A stretch of DNA of 9,102 bases from Octopus sinensis. Taxonomy: Eukaryota. Shown here one piece after another: positions 7,633 through 9,102 of this stretch. Location: the NCBI RefSeq assembly GCF_006345805.1, contig NW_021828033.1:1-9102 (forward strand). Reading direction: 5' to 3'. The position numbers and the translations under genes are program-made. Each line of letters opens with the position of its first letter. The stretch's first letter is position 1. The notes beneath the pieces were generated by a model that saw only the letters and a program-made list of their open reading frames with translations, had not been told where the DNA came from and did no database searches.

Positions 7633-7680
7633 TGTATGTATGTATTTATGTATGTATGTATGTATGTATGTATGTATATG
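7633..7680. repeat. (TATG)n microsatellite
   Basis: Read directly. Confidence 0.95.
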
Positions 7681-7684
7681 TCAG

Positions 7685-8065
7685 GTCACTTTCGAGTGAT
7701 ACTGGTAACATGTAACCCAGTATAACCTGTTGCATGGTCGGGCCGTCGGCGACTAAACCGGCAACCCCACCAAGCTTGCTTGGTGAGGAGGGTGTTTATT
7801 GGATACCCTGCAGGATGAAAAAGAAAACCCGTCAAAGAGCGGAGGAACTCTTGAGAGTCAACGGCCATCCAATAAAAGTGTATTTTTTTTTTCTTAAGGC
7901 TTAAGGCTGTATCATGCGCGGGGATATAGAAATAATCGGACTGAATACCCGATCGCGCGGCTAAACCATAGGGAGTGAAGGACTCCTAGCCTTTGTTAGG
8001 GCATCCTTCTAGGAGAAGGTAACTCAGGTAACCGGGATAACTCCAACATAAAACCTGCGGCTCAG
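7685..8065 (+). mobile_element. GC-richer structured segment, probable non-LTR (RTE-like) retrotransposon 5' UTR remnant
   Basis: Dense hairpins are visible. CTAGGAGAAGG-T-AACTC...AAACC (8009-8055) resembles motifs I associate with RTE-clade 5' UTRs; this is from recall, not a search. No ORF follows. Confidence 0.4.
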
Positions 8066-8582
8066 TGGTTACCGATGATGTTGACTTGTTCTTCTTTTCG
8101 GATTATGGCTGCTGTTGCTTAGTGAGTGGGATTGACTCAGTTCACAGCCTTTCCTCACTTTAAAAAAATCTTCTTGCACAGGCATTGCACGATAACAACA
8201 TAGTTCATGATTGTTTATGGTGCTGTGAGTATCAACTGAATGGCTGGCTGTAGCCTTAAAAAGCAAATAAAAGTCACATTCGATCACAGCACCAATAACA
8301 GTTAAGCTTCGATAACGAGGGGGCAGCCATCATGTATGTATATGTGCAGATTTGTATGTTTTGTTTCATGTATGTATTCTCATGCATATAGTTACATATC
8401 TAAGACATGCTGACAGATACTTAAGTGATAAACTTCTGGAAAGTTTTACAGATTTTTACTGTTCCAGTGATGGATTGGATCTGTAGTCTTCGAATTAGCT
8501 TTCTCCTTTCTAGTTTTGAGTTGACTAATTTCCCTAAATTGGTTTTTAGGCAGTGCGTTACATATCACAGGGCCCCAATAAT

Positions 8583-8662
8583 TATGTATGTATGCATGTA
8601 TGTATGTATGTATGTATGTATTGTATGTATGTATGTATGTATGTATCTATCTATCTATCTAT
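8583..8662. repeat. (TATG)n(TATC)n microsatellite
   Basis: Read directly. Explains the MYVC repeats in ORFs 8425..8664 and 8553..8804. Confidence 0.96.
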
Positions 8663-8723
8663 AACTCTTGAAATATGTATATACACCCATTACCTATTTT
8701 TTCTATCTTCGATTGCGGGCGTT

Positions 8724-8727
<4 letters not shown>

Positions 8728-8773
<46 letters not shown>
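8728..8773. repeat. (CA)n microsatellite
   Basis: Pure CA run. Confidence 0.98.
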
Positions 8774-8775
<2 letters not shown>

Positions 8776-9102
8776 GTGAGATTGGTCTCCGTACAAACCA
8801 GTGAACTATGACGGTCTCCCGTGCATTTCGTCTTCCGTTGTTATTACGTACCACTAAGACATTCCTGACATCTCGGCTGCCTTCGTGACAAGTGTTGTCT
8901 TCTCTTACATTCCTGGTTTCAAATTCTGCCGTAGCTAAATTAGCGTTATCAGCATTCTTCTTCGTCAGCGATATGTTGCTATGGTGATACAGGGTGGGTT
9001 GAGGTCAAGAGGTTTGTCTCTTGTCTCAATTACGTTTATTGTGTATGAGGTACGGGTGGGGAAGGGAGAACTGAGGAGGTGTAGGAGAAAAGTGGGTGGA
9101 GG

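Noticed and set aside
8900-8970. Minus-strand CTGACGA...GAAA as a hammerhead core
   Set aside because: The required helices cannot be formed.
1-9102. CRISPR array, rRNA, bacterial operon or terminator signals
   Set aside because: No repeat-spacer periodicity and no rRNA-like sequence. The window is eukaryotic repeat-rich DNA.

Overview
AT-rich, microsatellite-dense eukaryotic DNA that is mostly non-coding. The tRNA-derived SINE types and the extreme simple-repeat load suggest an octopus or other coleoid cephalopod genome (inference). No complete gene is present. Well-supported features are: a decayed 1080-bp Tc1/mariner transposon with both TIRs, a TA target duplication and DD36E (Incomer-type) catalytic spacing; three tRNA-derived SINE copies, two of them the same family in opposite orientation; a 306-bp non-autonomous Helitron; and many microsatellites. 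Most ORFs in the supplied track are translated microsatellites. The most unusual unexplained structures are a 66-bp-arm foldback centred between mutually complementary (AAT)n and (ATT)n arrays, a second hairpin at the far end of that array, and a densely base-paired ~380-bp segment with pseudoknot potential that resembles an RTE-LINE 5' UTR. Several stop-free minus-strand frames in unique sequence may be exons of a host gene.
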